A stretch of 64,000 bases of DNA from Chitinophagales bacterium (GCA_020636505.1 JACJXR010000009.1:4228-68227), one strand, 5' to 3'; positions 1 through 9,948 are shown, counted from the first letter of the stretch. Made by a program: numbers and translations. Notes: a model not told the origin generated them from the sequence alone.

Positions 1-1
1 C

Positions 2-3000
2 GATACATTGAAACTGTTTTCAACGACTTCAACAGGTTCCACTTATGGTTGGACAGGACCGAATTCATTTACCTCATCTTCGCAAAATCCGGTAATTGCA
101 CCTTCTGTTCCCGCACAAACCGGCGATTATATTTTATATGTTTATAAGAACGGTTGTAACTCCTTGCCTGATACAACTACAGTTACAGTTTATGCAACTC
201 CTGATACTCCGTTCGCATCCAATAACGGTCCGCTTTGTACAGGAAACACATTAAACTTAATTGCTCAAACGGTAATGGGTGCTACTTATAGTTGGACGGG
301 CCCGAATAGCTTTACCTCAACCATACAAAGTCCAACCGTCTCTAACGTTACAACAACAGAAGCGGGTGTATATACGGTAGTTGCTACTATCAATGGATGT
401 CCGTCAGAGCCGGATACAACATTGGTTGTCGTCAATGTTACGCCTGCACCAGAAGTTGATTCTGTGAACACGGTCGATCCTACAAAGTGTGGTGGTAACG
501 ATGGACAGATAATATTGAACGGCCTTGACGCAAGCACTACATATACTGTTAACTTCACTAAAAACAGTACTCCACAATCACCTTTGAGTTTAAGTACCAA
601 TGGTTTGGGTGTATTAACCATAACCGGACTCACAGAAGGAGAATATGGATCTATCACAGTGACGGCACCAAGTGGTTGTTCCTCAGATCCCCTTGCAAAA
701 GTTACACTCACAGACCCCACACCTCCTTCCATCGCATTATTTGACAAGTCGAATCCTACTATATGTGGTGGTACTGATGGAACTATAACACTGGCAGGCT
801 TAATAAACGGCTATACTTACAGCATCAGGTTCAAACGTGACGGTACCTATCAATCACCTGTAACTGTTGTCGCAGGTGCCGGTGGTTTGTTGACTATACC
901 AAACCTCATTGCAGGCATCTATGACAGTATTACAGTTACTATTGATAGTTGTATTTCCAATGCAGTAAGCGCAGGTAGGTTGGATGATCCTGAAAAGCCT
1001 ATTGTTGCTGCTACAAATAACAGCCCTGTTTGTGAAGATAGCTTATTACAGTTGTTTGCAACAGCCGATTCAACCGGTGTTACTTGGAGTTGGACAGGTC
1101 CGAATTCATTTACATCAACACAGCAAAATCCTGTGTTTACCAATGCACTACCGATACAAGCCGGTGTATATTCTGTAACCGCTTCAAAGAATAACTGTAC
1201 TTCAGATCCTGATACAACGACAGTAGTGGTGTTTGCAACACCAACCACACCTGTGGCGAGCAACAACGGTCCGCTTTGTGATAGCAACACTCTGCAACTG
1301 TCTTCAACAACTGTGACAGGTGCAAGCTATTTCTGGTCTGGACCTAAGTCATTTACAGATACTGTACAATATCCGATAATATCACCTGCCGATACTTCAC
1401 GTGCGGGTAACTATATAGTCTATGTAACGGTCAATGGTTGTGAATCATTGAGAGATACCACTGAAGTTATCATACATCACAAGCCGGCGATAGGTAGCTA
1501 TTCGTTTACACACCCGACAACATGTAGCGGTACAGAAGGTACCATTACATTGAACGGACTCGTTGCAGATACTCCATATACGGTTAGCTTTACCAAAGAC
1601 GGTACGCCACAGTCTCCTCAAGTTATCACATCAACCAATTCAGGTGTTGTGGTAATAACGGGTCTGTCAGCAGGCATGTACACAAACCTTGCCGTTACGC
1701 TCAATAGTTGTACCTCGGATAGTTTGGCTTCCATCAGGTTGGACGACCCTGCGAAGCCTGTTGTTGCAGCTAGCAATAGCGGCCCTGTATGTCAGGATAG
1801 TTTGTTGCAATTGTTCGCAACAGCAGATTCTGCCGGAGTAACATGGAGTTGGACAGGTCCTAATTCATTTACCTCAACAACTCAGAATCCGGTATTCACA
1901 AATCCTGTACCTGCACAGAGTGGGGTGTACAGTGTAACAGCTACTAAGAACAACTGTGAGTCCGACCCTGATACAACAACGGTATTGGTAAAACCGACAC
2001 CAACAACACCTGTGGCGAGTAACAACGGACCACTTTGCGACAGTAACACATTACAACTGTCCGCTACTACAATCACTGATGCCGGTTATTTCTGGACAGG
2101 TCCACAATCATTCAGCGATACTGCTCATAATCCGATCATATCACCTGCCGATACTTCACGTGCCGGTAGCTACATAGTTTATGTGGTTGTTAATGGTTGT
2201 GAGTCATTAACAGATACTACTGAAGTTATCATACATCACAAACCGGCTATTGGAAGTTATTCGTTTACACACCCGACAACATGTAGCGGTACAGAAGGTA
2301 CCATTACATTGAACGGACTCGTTGCAGATACTCCATATACGGTTAGCTTTACCAAAGACGGTACACCACAGTCTCCTCAAGTTATCACATCAACCAATTC
2401 AGGTGTTGTGGTAATAACGGGTCTGTCAGCAGGCATGTACACAAACCTTGCCGTTACGCTCAATAGTTGTACCTCGGATAGTTTGGCTTCCATCAGGTTG
2501 GACGACCCTGCTAAACCTGTTGTTGCAGCAAGCAATAGCGGTCCTGTGTGTCAAGATAGTTTGTTACAATTGTTCGCAACCGCAGACTCTGCCGGAGTAA
2601 CATGGAGCTGGACAGGTCCAAATTCATTTACCTCAACAACTCAGAATCCGGTATTCACAAATCCTGTGCCTGCACAGAGTGGGGTATACAGTGTAACGGC
2701 TACTAAGAATAATTGTGAGTCTGATGCTGATACAACAACGGTATTGGTGAAACCGACACCTACTACACCTGTAGCTAGTAACAATAGTCCTTTGTGCGGA
2801 GGAGATACATTATTGTTGATGTCTACACTTGTCACTGATGCGACCTATACTTGGACAGGTCCACAATCGTTTAGTGATACTGCTCGCAATCCTGTAATTC
2901 CAAATGCTGACACTTCTCGTGCAGGTAACTATATCGTGTTTGTTACTGTTGACGGTTGTGTTTCTGTGACGGATACCACAGAAGTTATAATTCATCACAT

Positions 3001-6000
3001 ACCTGCCATAAGCAGTGTCACATATACCAATCCGACAACATGTAGCGGTACGGAAGGTACCATCACCATCAACGGTCTCGTGGGTGATACCACATATATG
3101 ATCACCTACATGAAGAATGGTGCCACTCAATCACCGTTGAACATTCCTACGAATGTTTCAGGTACGTTGGTGATGACCGGTTTGGGTGCGGGTACATACA
3201 CACAAATAAGTGTTGTGCTGAATAGTTGTTCGTCGGATACATTGGCTCCGATTGTACTAGATGACCCTAACGCTCCGATAGTGAATGCGTCAAACAGCGG
3301 TCCTGTATGTCAGGATAGTTTGTTACAGTTGTTTGCAACAGCAGATTCGACCGGCGTTACTTGGAGTTGGACAGGTCCAAATACATTTTCATCAACACAA
3401 CAGAATCCAATATTTACCAACCCAACACCTACGCAGAGTGGGGTATACTCTGTAACGGCTACTAAGAATAATTGTGAGTCCGACCCGGATACTACGACCG
3501 TATTGGTGAAACCAACACCAACAATACCTGTTGCCGGAAATAACGGTCCGCTGTGTGCAGGTGAAGACTTGAACTTGACAGCAACCACCATTGCGGATGC
3601 GGGTTATAATTGGAGAGGTCCTTTATCTTATACCGATACTGCACAAAACCCGGTTATCACTTCTGTGGATACATCACAAGCAGGTGACTATATCGTATTT
3701 GTTGTAGTGGATGGTTGTCCTTCTCCGGAAGATACCACCAATGTGGTGATACATCATGTGCCGGTTGTAAGTACTACATCATACACCCATCCTACCACTT
3801 GCTTAGGCTCTGAAGGAACTATTACCATAAACGGACTTGTCGGTGATACCACATATCTCGTTTCTTACTTGAAAGATGGTAACACACAAGCACCGATTGC
3901 CATTGGTACCAACGTATCCGGTACATTGGTGATGACAAGCCTGACAGCGGGATGGTATACACAAATAACTGTATCGCTGAATGGTTGTATCTCAGATACT
4001 CTTGCTCCGATATTGTTGGAAGACCCTAATGCTCCTGTGGTGACTGCATCTAACAATACACCTGTCTGCCAAGACAGTACATTCCAACTGTTCGCAACGG
4101 CAGACTCTACCGGAGTTACATGGAGCTGGACAGGCCCGTCGTCATATACTTCGAACCTGCAAAATCCAATAGTCAATAATCCAACTCCTGCAAATGCAGG
4201 TGTATATTCGGTAACGGCTACTAAGAATAATTGCGAGTCCGATCCTGATACGACAACAGTAGTGGTTTATCCAACACCGACATTCCCTGCTGCAACCAGT
4301 AACAGCCCAATATGTGAAGGCAACTCTGTATTGCTATTCTCACCAACCATTACAGATGCCAATTATTACTGGAGCGGGCCTAAATCATTTACTGATACGG
4401 TACAGAACCCGGTTTTGCCTAATGCGGATACAACATTTGCAGGAACGTATCACGTATATGTTACAGTCAATGGATGTTTGTCATTGCCGGACTCTACGAC
4501 TGTTGTTGTATTCCAGCTGCCTGCACCTATCATCGATAGTGTAATATTGGTTCATCCTTCAATGTGTAATGATAGTGATGGTAGTATTACATTGTCCGGC
4601 CTTCAGGCAAACACAACATTTGTTCTTAATTACAACCAGTTTAATCGTGCCAAAGGACCGTTGACGGTTACTTCAAACAGTTTAGGAAGAATTACTATTC
4701 CTAACCTTATTGCAGGTGATTATTCTGATATGACGCTTACCTCTCCTAACGGATGTACTTCTGATACATTGCCGGATATGGAGTTGAAAGACCCTGTACT
4801 GCCAACAATAGCTATTGATACTTTCTTCCATCCTACCACTTGTGGAGGAGCAGATGGTTCAATTGTTATTGAAGGTATGGACAACAGTGTTACGTATACA
4901 TTGAATTATCGTAAGAACACAACACCTGTTTCGGTGTCTGTAACAGCCAATGCACAGGGTAAGGTTACAGTATCGGGACTTACACAGGCAACTTACAAAG
5001 ACTTCTATTTAACCAAGTATGGCTGTGCGTCAAACGCCGTTGGTCCTGTAGACCTTATAGACCCGAATGCTCCGGTTATAAGTGTGGCAAGCAACTCACC
5101 GGTATGTGAGGGCGACACCATTAAGCTGGCGGGCTTTGCCGATTCAGCCGGTGTTACATGGAGTTGGACAGGTCCGGGCAGCTTTACTTCAAACGTGAAG
5201 AATCCGATTCGTGCCAATGCCATTCCTGCACATACGGGTATGTATTACCTGACGGCTATGAAGAACAACTGTACCTCCGAGCTTGATTCGGTGATGGTTA
5301 CTGTTCATCCTATGCCTACCACTTCCACAGCTACGAGCAATACTCCTGTTTGTTCGGGAGATTCGTTGAAACTGTTTGCAAGTACTATAACGGGTGCTAC
5401 GTATACTTGGTCAGGTCCTAAGAGCTATACTTCTTCATTGCAGAATCCGATAATCACTTTGCCGGATTCGTCTATGACCGGTGATTATATATTGTGGACA
5501 ATTGTCAACGGATGTTATTCCGAGCCTGATACCACATCTGTTACCGTATATCAAACACCTGTAATTGATAGCTATACTTTTGCTCACCCAACAACATGTT
5601 CGGGTACTGAAGGACAGATAGTCGCATACGGACTGTTTGCCAATACATCATACGGAGTAGACTATTCTAAGAACGGAATACCTGTTGCGACAAGCATTGT
5701 TACTGATGTCAACGGTAAGCTGACCATTGCAAATCTTGGTGCCGGTCTGTATACACAAGTAAGGTTTACGCTTAACAGTTGCCCTTCTGATACGTTGATA
5801 CCGATAGAGCTTAAAGATCCTAACGCACCTGTTGTGTCGGCATATACAACCACACCTACACTCTGTCAAGGTGATACTATCAAGCTGTTTGGTAATGCAG
5901 ACTCTACCGGTGTTGTATGGAGTTGGACAGGTCCTAGCTCATATACTTCTTCGCAACAAAATCCTATAATTGCCGGCGCGTTGCCGACAATGTCAGGTAT

Positions 6001-8566
6001 ATATTACTTAACGGCTACGAAGAACAACTGTACTTCTGCTCCTGATACAGCAAATGTATTGGTGTATCCTACACCACAAACACCTATTGTGTTGACCAAC
6101 AGTCCACTTTGTGAGGGTAGTACCATTACATTCTCTGTACAAACCTATGTCGGAGGACGTTATGTTTGGACCGGCCCGCTTGGCTTCTTCGATACGACAC
6201 AGTATCCAACTATTACCAATGCACAAGTCAACAGAACGGGTACATATAATATCAAAGTGTTCGTGAACGGGTGTGAGTCTCCGACAACAAGTACCAACGT
6301 ATATGTATACCCTATACCTGTGATAGTATCTTCTGCATACACCAACCCAACCACTTGTGGAGGTAATCAGGGTACCATTACATTGACCGGCTTGGTAGGC
6401 AATGCCACATATAACGTAAGCTATATTAAGAATGTTACACCGTTCTCTCAATCCCTAAGTGCAGATGCTACAGGTAAAATTGTAGTGACCGGCTTAACCG
6501 CAGGTACATACTCACAAGTGAAGGTGACAAGGAACGGTTGTAGTTCAGACACATTGATACCAATCTCTTTGTTCGATCCGAATGCACCTGTTGTTACGGC
6601 TTCGGCCAATTACTTCAATTGTGAGGGTACTAATATCAGTTTGAATGGTACTGCGGATTCCGCAGGTGTTACATGGAGCTGGACAGGTCCGGGTTCTTAT
6701 ACATCATCGGCACAAAGCCCGTTGATACCGAATGCTATTCCGGGACAGTCGGGTGTGTACACACTTACAGCTACGAAGAATGGTTGTGTGTCCGCTCCGG
6801 ATACTGCCAACGTTTATATTAAGGCGCTGCCTATAATCTTTGCAAGTAACAACGGTACCTTCTGTCCGGGTGATACAATACAGTTGTCGGCAACAGCCAT
6901 TACAACTGCACAGTACACATGGGCAGGCCCTAACTCATATTCCGATACAGGTCGTACACCTATAATCGTGAATGCACAAACCTACATGACCGGTAAGTAT
7001 TACGTGATAGCGGTGGATAGTGGTTGTGTATCTAAAGCAGATACCACTTTGGTGACTGTATACAATACACCTAACGCACCGGGTGTTACACTATGGAATA
7101 CCATTTGTGAAGGTGTTACTGCATCACCATTGTCGGCTACGGGTTCCAACTTGTTGTGGTATACCACTGCAACGGGAGGTGTGGGCAGTCCGTTCGCACC
7201 GGTTCCGTCTACGGCTAATCCGGGTGTCATCACTTTCTGGGTGAGCCAAACGGTGAATGGTTGTGAAAGCCCTCGTACAGCTACTAACGTACGAGTGCAT
7301 CCTAAACCGGTTCCACCGGTTGCCACTCCTGACTATATTGAATATTGTCAAGACGCTACAACTGTTCCGCTTGTTGCAACAGGTAGCAGCATCAAGTGGT
7401 ATACTGTACCTAGTGGAGGTACTCCATTGGCGGGCGCACCGACTCCTGCTTCGGGTGTTATAGGTTCATCGTTCTGGTATGTATCACAGACAAGTGTGGA
7501 TGGTTGCGAAAGTGACAGGGATACAGTTGAAGTGAAAATATCCGATAACATATTTGCTGAGATCGTGATTTCCAAAGACACGGTTTGTGCTTACGATTCG
7601 TTGATGGTTTGGGATGTGGACAAAGGCATAAAAGGTTCTTACTACCTATGGGATTTTGCAGGTGGAGAAGTGGTGTCGGGCGATAGCAGTGGTCCGTATG
7701 TCATACGTTGGGATACTGAAGGCACCAAGAAGATAGTAGTGAATTACGACAGCCTTATGTGCGGTAATCCTGACGATACAACAATATTCGTGAAACCGAT
7801 ACCTGTTGCAGACTTCTCCATCGACGAGCATCTGTGTTTGGGAGAGGTGACGATATTGAACCCTGTATGGACAAATGGCTCAAGATATGAATGGTCACTT
7901 GACGGTGGCAATATAGTGGATAGCACTGCCGATCGTAAGTATACCGTTACTTGGGAAACTCAAGGTGAGAAAGTGGTGGTATTGACTGTAACAGGTACCA
8001 ACAACTGTAAGTCGCTACCGTTCATGGGTGCGATAAACGTACACGAACGTCCTGTTGCTGAGATAACCTATATCAGCAAAACAGACCTTTGTATCGGTGA
8101 TACCATATCGATAGAAGCCAGAGAAACGCCTAATGTCCTGTATGAGTGGACGGGTAACCCAAGCTTCTTGAGCAACGGAGAACCTAAAGTGACTGCAAGA
8201 GTGGGTACGAAAGGTATTGTGAAACTTACCGTTACGGATGAGTGGCAATGTACTTCTACGGCAGGACTGAACATTGAAGCAGAGTCTTGTTGTACCATTG
8301 CTTTGCCTACTGCGTTCACGCCGAATAACGATGGTCTGAACGATCAGTTCAGAATCATCACCAATGGCCATCAGGAAGTTCAGATATTTGTCATCGTCAA
8401 CCGTTGGGGTCAGAAATTGTTTGAAACACGCGACCAAGCGGAAGGATGGAATGGTACTTTCAATGGTAAGAATGCCGACATCGGAGTGTACAACTACTAC
8501 GTCAAGTATAAGTGTAGCAACGGTGAGATACTCGAGAAGAAAGGAGATGTGGTACTGATGCGATAA
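2..8566 (+). CDS. Giant repetitive cell-surface protein (5' end cut by window edge) with T9SS type B / gliding-motility C-terminal sorting domain
   Basis: The frame is open from nt 2, with no stop before the TTG at 8. Eight ~253-aa super-repeats each contain one 'TC.G.(D/E)G.I.L.GL' SprB-like module and two ~80-aa 'SWTGP.SFTS...G.Y.VTA..N.C.S.PDTT' Ig-like modules. These are followed by PKD-like modules (YLWDFAGG, YEWSLDGG) and a CHU_C-type tail. Confidence 0.9.
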   Translation, partial: DTLKLFSTTSTGSTYGWTGPNSFTSSSQNPVIAPSVPAQTGDYILYVYKNGCNSLPDTTTVTVYATPDTPFASNNGPLCTGNTLNLIAQTVMGATYSWTGPNSFTSTIQSPTVSNVTTTEAGVYTVVATINGCPSEPDTTLVVVNVTPAPEVDSVNTVDPTKCGGNDGQIILNGLDASTTYTVNFTKNSTPQSPLSLSTNGLGVLTITGLTEGEYGSITVTAPSGCSSDPLAKVTLTDPTPPSIALFDKSNPTICGGTDGTITLAGLINGYTYSIRFKRDGTYQSPVTVVAGAGGLLTIPNLIAGIYDSITVTIDSCISNAVSAGRLDDPEKPIVAATNNSPVCEDSLLQLFATADSTGVTWSWTGPNSFTSTQQNPVFTNALPIQAGVYSVTASKNNCTSDPDTTTVVVFATPTTPVASNNGPLCDSNTLQLSSTTVTGASYFWSGPKSFTDTVQYPIISPADTSRAGNYIVYVTVNGCESLRDTTEVIIHHKPAIGSYSFTHPTTCSGTEGTITLNGLVADTPYTVSFTKDGTPQSPQVITSTNSGVVVITGLSAGMYTNLAVTLNSCTSDSLASIRLDDPAKPVVAASNSGPVCQDSLLQLFATADSAGVTWSWTGPNSFTSTTQNPVFTNPVPAQSGVYSVTATKNNCESDPDTTTVLVKPTPTTPVASNNGPLCDSNTLQLSATTITDAGYFWTGPQSFSDTAHNPIISPADTSRAGSYIVYVVVNGCESLTDTTEVIIHHKPAIGSYSFTHPTTCSGTEGTITLNGLVADTPYTVSFTKDGTPQSPQVITSTNSGVVVITGLSAGMYTNLAVTLNSCTSDSLASIRLDDPAKPVVAASNSGPVCQDSLLQLFATADSAGVTWSWTGPNSFTSTTQNPVFTNPVPAQSGVYSVTATKNNCESDADTTTVLVKPTPTTPVASNNSPLCGGDTLLLMSTLVTDATYTWTGPQSFSDTARNPVIPNADTSRAGNYIVFVTVDGCVSVTDTTEVIIHHIPAISSVTYTNPTTCSGTEGTITINGLVGDTTYMITYMKNGATQSPLNIPTNVSGTLVMTGLGAGTYTQISVVLNSCSSDTLAPIVLDDPNAPIVNASNSGPVCQDSLLQLFATADSTGVTWSWTGPNTFSSTQQNPIFTNPTPTQSGVYSVTATKNNCESDPDTTTVLVKPTPTIPVAGNNGPLCAGEDLNLTATTIADAGYNWRGPLSYTDTAQNPVITSVDTSQAGDYIVFVVVDGCPSPEDTTNVVIHHVPVVSTTSYTHPTTCLGSEGTITINGLVGDTTYLVSYLKDGNTQAPIAIGTNVSGTLVMTSLTAGWYTQITVSLNGCISDTLAPILLEDPNAPVVTASNNTPVCQDSTFQLFATADSTGVTWSWTGPSSYTSNLQNPIVNNPTPANAGVYSVTATKNNCESDPDTTTVVVYPTPTFPAATSNSPICEGNSVLLFSPTITDANYYWSGPKSFTDTVQNPVLPNADTTFAGTYHVYVTVNGCLSLPDSTTVVVFQLPAPIIDSVILVHPSMCNDSDGSITLSGLQANTTFVLNYNQFNRAKGPLTVTSNSLGRITIPNLIAGDYSDMTLTSPNGCTSDTLPDMELKDPVLPTIAIDTFFHPTTCGGADGSIVIEGMDNSVTYTLNYRKNTTPVSVSVTANAQGKVTVSGLTQATYKDFYLTKYGCASNAVGPVDLIDPNAPVISVASNSPVCEGDTIKLAGFADSAGVTWSWTGPGSFTSNVKNPIRANAIPAHTGMYYLTAMKNNCTSELDSVMVTVHPMPTTSTATSNTPVCSGDSLKLFASTITGATYTWSGPKSYTSSLQNPIITLPDSSMTGDYILWTIVNGCYSEPDTTSVTVYQTPVIDSYTFAHPTTCSGTEGQIVAYGLFANTSYGVDYSKNGIPVATSIVTDVNGKLTIANLGAGLYTQVRFTLNSCPSDTLIPIELKDPNAPVVSAYTTTPTLCQGDTIKLFGNADSTGVVWSWTGPSSYTSSQQNPIIAGALPTMSGIYYLTATKNNCTSAPDTANVLVYPTPQTPIVLTNSPLCEGSTITFSVQTYVGGRYVWTGPLGFFDTTQYPTITNAQVNRTGTYNIKVFVNGCESPTTSTNVYVYPIPVIVSSAYTNPTTCGGNQGTITLTGLVGNATYNVSYIKNVTPFSQSLSADATGKIVVTGLTAGTYSQVKVTRNGCSSDTLIPISLFDPNAPVVTASANYFNCEGTNISLNGTADSAGVTWSWTGPGSYTSSAQSPLIPNAIPGQSGVYTLTATKNGCVSAPDTANVYIKALPIIFASNNGTFCPGDTIQLSATAITTAQYTWAGPNSYSDTGRTPIIVNAQTYMTGKYYVIAVDSGCVSKADTTLVTVYNTPNAPGVTLWNTICEGVTASPLSATGSNLLWYTTATGGVGSPFAPVPSTANPGVITFWVSQTVNGCESPRTATNVRVHPKPVPPVATPDYIEYCQDATTVPLVATGSSIKWYTVPSGGTPLAGAPTPASGVIGSSFWYVSQTSVDGCESDRDTVEVKISDNIFAEIVISKDTVCAYDSLMVWDVDKGIKGSYYLWDFAGGEVVSGDSSGPYVIRWDTEGTKKIVVNYDSLMCGNPDDTTIFVKPIPVADFSIDEHLCLGEVTILNPVWTNGSRYEWSLDGGNIVDSTADRKYTVTWETQGEKVVVLTVTGTNNCKSLPFMGAINVHERPVAEITYISKTDLCIGDTISIEARETPNVLYEWTGNPSFLSNGEPKVTARVGTKGIVKLTVTDEWQCTSTAGLNIEAESCCTIALPTAFTPNNDGLNDQFRIITNGHQEVQIFVIVNRWGQKLFETRDQAEGWNGTFNGKNADIGVYNYYVKYKCSNGEILEKKGDVVLMR
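1499..1752 (+). repeat. Near-identical block, copy 1 (partner at 2258-2511)
   Basis: By-eye alignment at an offset of 759 bp shows a single mismatch (G1616 vs A2375) over ~254 bp. The rest of the two units is visibly more diverged. Confidence 0.85.
2258..2511 (+). repeat. Near-identical block, copy 2 (partner at 1499-1752)
   Basis: Same alignment as copy 1. Both copies encode the identical peptide SFTHPTTCSGTEGTITLNGLVADTPYTVSFTKDGTPQSPQVITSTNSGVVVITGLSAGMYTNLAVTLNSCTSDSLASIRLDDPA. Confidence 0.85.
8287..8563 (+). other. T9SS type B (CHU_C / gliding motility-associated) C-terminal sorting domain of the giant protein
   Basis: The C-terminal ~90 aa read CCTIALPTAFTPNNDGLNDQFRI...VNRWGQKLFE...GWNGTFNGK...GVYNYYVKY. 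This matches the well-known TAFTPNGDGINDxF...WDG pattern of this domain family. Confidence 0.85.
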
Positions 8567-8587
8567 GTACTAAACGAACTATATTTT

Positions 8588-8619
8588 AAACCCCGCTTTC
8601 TTAGTAGAAAGTGGGGTTT
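8588..8619. terminator. Hairpin between convergent genes (bidirectional terminator candidate)
   Basis: AAACCCCGCTTTC-ttagta-GAAAGTGGGGTTT forms a 13-bp stem with one G-U pair, followed by TTATTATTT. It overlaps the last codons of the minus-strand rhomboid gene. Confidence 0.6.
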
Positions 8620-9224
8620 ATTATTTGGTTGAAGAATATCTTTCCGTGTGTGGGGTCGAATATGAAAGTGAATATGAACCCGAATACTGCACCGTAAAAA
8701 TGTGCATCGTGTCCAATATTGTCTTGCGCTTTCTTAGCTGCATAAGCTGAGTAAACCAAATACAAAATGCCTGCCACTATCGCCGGTATGGGTATTATCC
8801 CGAATATCTTGAGTATGGCCCAAGGCTGAAAATAGATGAAGGAAAATACTACGGCAGATACAGCACCCGATGCACCCAATGCACGATAGTAATAATTCTC
8901 TCTATGCTTGGCGAAAGAGGGTAGCGACGACGCCAACAATGCCAACATATACATAATGAAGAAAAGCACCTTTTTACCCCAGTATATGGAATACATGGTT
9001 TCCACCGCCTCGCCGAACATATACAATACATACATGTTGAAGAACAGGTGTACCATGTCCGAATGCACAAACCCCGAGGTGATGAACCTATGATACTCCG
9101 ACGTGTTGTTGCGCATCAGTGCTGGGTACAAAAGCAGTTTGTTTTTCAATTCGTCGTTACTGAAAGCTATCAAAGAAACGATGGCCGTAGCCGCTATGAT
9201 GATTATTGTAGTACTGATACTCAT
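8601..9224 (-). CDS. Rhomboid family intramembrane serine protease
   Basis: 207 aa with six hydrophobic segments. Contains HSDMVHLFFNMYVLYMFG, the catalytic-type GASGAVSAVVF motif and a downstream His (GHDAHFYG). Confidence 0.85.
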   Translation of the reverse strand: MSISTTIIIIAATAIVSLIAFSNDELKNKLLLYPALMRNNTSEYHRFITSGFVHSDMVHLFFNMYVLYMFGEAVETMYSIYWGKKVLFFIMYMLALLASSLPSFAKHRENYYYRALGASGAVSAVVFSFIYFQPWAILKIFGIIPIPAIVAGILYLVYSAYAAKKAQDNIGHDAHFYGAVFGFIFTFIFDPTHGKIFFNQIINPTFY

Positions 9225-9235
9225 TCAATTATGTG

Positions 9236-9709
9236 TCAACTGTGATGGTATGGACTGTTGTGCAATATACTGAATGCCCTGTAAACCTGTTCTGCCGTAA
9301 TGAGCCGTACCAACTGGTGGGGAAACACCAATGAGGATAAGGACCAAACTTGTCCCGCTGCGTTTTTGATGCTATCCGTCACGCCGTAGGCTCCTCCTAT
9401 CAGTATCACCAATGTTTTGGTGCCTTGGTTCATCAGGTTTTGAAATTGGTCTGCCCATTGGGGCGAGGTGAGCTTTTTGCCTCTTTCGTCCAGTAATATC
9501 AGATGATGGTGTTTTTGCAGTTTGGAGGTTATCAGCTCTTCTTCCAACTTTTTGGCTCTATCAGCATCTGCTGTGGCCAGTTTCTTGGGTAGCTGCAATG
9601 TATGTAGGTTGATGTTGCACCAAGGCTTTATCTTCTTGAAGTAGTACTGTATACCATCTTCGATATGCGGTTCGTTGGCCTTTCCCACCGACCATATCTC
9701 AATATCCAT
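9236..9709 (-). CDS. rlmH: 23S rRNA (pseudouridine1915-N3)-methyltransferase RlmH
   Basis: 157 aa, the typical RlmH length. SPOUT-type sequence: MDIEIWSVGK..., LDERGKKLTS, LIGGAYG, FPHQLVRLITAEQVYRAFSI. Confidence 0.9.
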   Translation of the reverse strand: MDIEIWSVGKANEPHIEDGIQYYFKKIKPWCNINLHTLQLPKKLATADADRAKKLEEELITSKLQKHHHLILLDERGKKLTSPQWADQFQNLMNQGTKTLVILIGGAYGVTDSIKNAAGQVWSLSSLVFPHQLVRLITAEQVYRAFSILHNSPYHHS

Positions 9710-9772
9710 TTATCGTGTTTTTGCCCATGCAAAGTAGCTACAAAACAGCGTTTAAAGCAATTTGAAAATTAC

Positions 9773-9804
9773 TTTGCAAAAATCAATGGAAGCTCCTATC
9801 TTTG
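9773..9804 (+). promoter_or_regulatory. Bacteroidota-type promoter candidate for tRNA-Arg (-33 TTTG / -7 TAnnTTTG)
   Basis: TTTG at 9773-9776 and TATCTTTG at 9797-9804, with a 20-nt spacer, ending 22 nt upstream of the mature tRNA 5' end. Confidence 0.5.
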
Positions 9805-9825
9805 CAATCCCAAATTCAATGGGAT

Positions 9826-9899
9826 GGCCCCGTAGCTCAACTGAATAGAGCATCTCACTACGGATGAGAAGGTTTCAGGTTTGAATCCTGACGGGGTCA
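9826..9899 (+). tRNA. tRNA-Arg(ACG): tRNA-Arg, anticodon ACG
   Basis: Hand-folded cloverleaf. The acceptor stem GGCCCCG/CGGGGTC has one G-U; D stem GCTC/GAGC; anticodon stem TCTCA/TGAGA with loop CT-ACG-GA; 5-nt variable loop; T stem TCAGG/CCTGA; discriminator A. CCA is not encoded. Confidence 0.9.
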
Positions 9900-9901
9900 C
9901 T
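9886..9901 (+). repeat. attL core: TCCTGACGGGGTCACT (3' end of tRNA-Arg)
   Basis: Covers tRNA positions 60-73 plus 2 nt. It is identical to 31035-31050. Confidence 0.85.
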
Positions 9902-9913
9902 ACAAAGTAATTG

Positions 9914-9948
9914 AAAGCCTGACTAGTAGCGATCTAGCCAGGCTTTTT
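9914..9948 (+). terminator. Element-borne hairpin + T-run downstream of the reconstituted tRNA
   Basis: AAAGCCTG/CAGGCTTT outer stem plus CTAG/CTAG inner stem, followed by TTTTT. Confidence 0.55.

Larger units (their letters stand above)
984..7080 (+). repeat. In-frame tandem array of ~759-bp (253-codon) super-repeats inside the giant CDS
   Basis: The WSWTGP landmark (TGGAGYTGGACAGGYCC) recurs near 1081, 1840, 2600, 3360, 4120, 5158, 5920 and 6673. The period is ~759 bp, with one 1038-bp unit carrying an extra SprB-like module. Array boundaries are approximate. Confidence 0.85.

Noticed and set aside
984-7080. Regularly spaced repeats that could superficially suggest a CRISPR or other non-coding array
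   Set aside because: The period is 759 bp, an exact multiple of three. The repeats lie within one uninterrupted reading frame and encode Ig-like and SprB-like domains. There are no short 25-40-bp repeat/spacer units anywhere in the window.
286-8437. Numerous 60-150-aa ORFs, on the minus strand or in alternative plus-strand frames, within the giant adhesin gene (e.g. 286-747, 919-1290, 6008-6451, 7000-7326, 8015-8437)
   Set aside because: All are nested in the 8.5-kb repetitive CDS. They recur because the repeats recur, and none has an independent coding signal.
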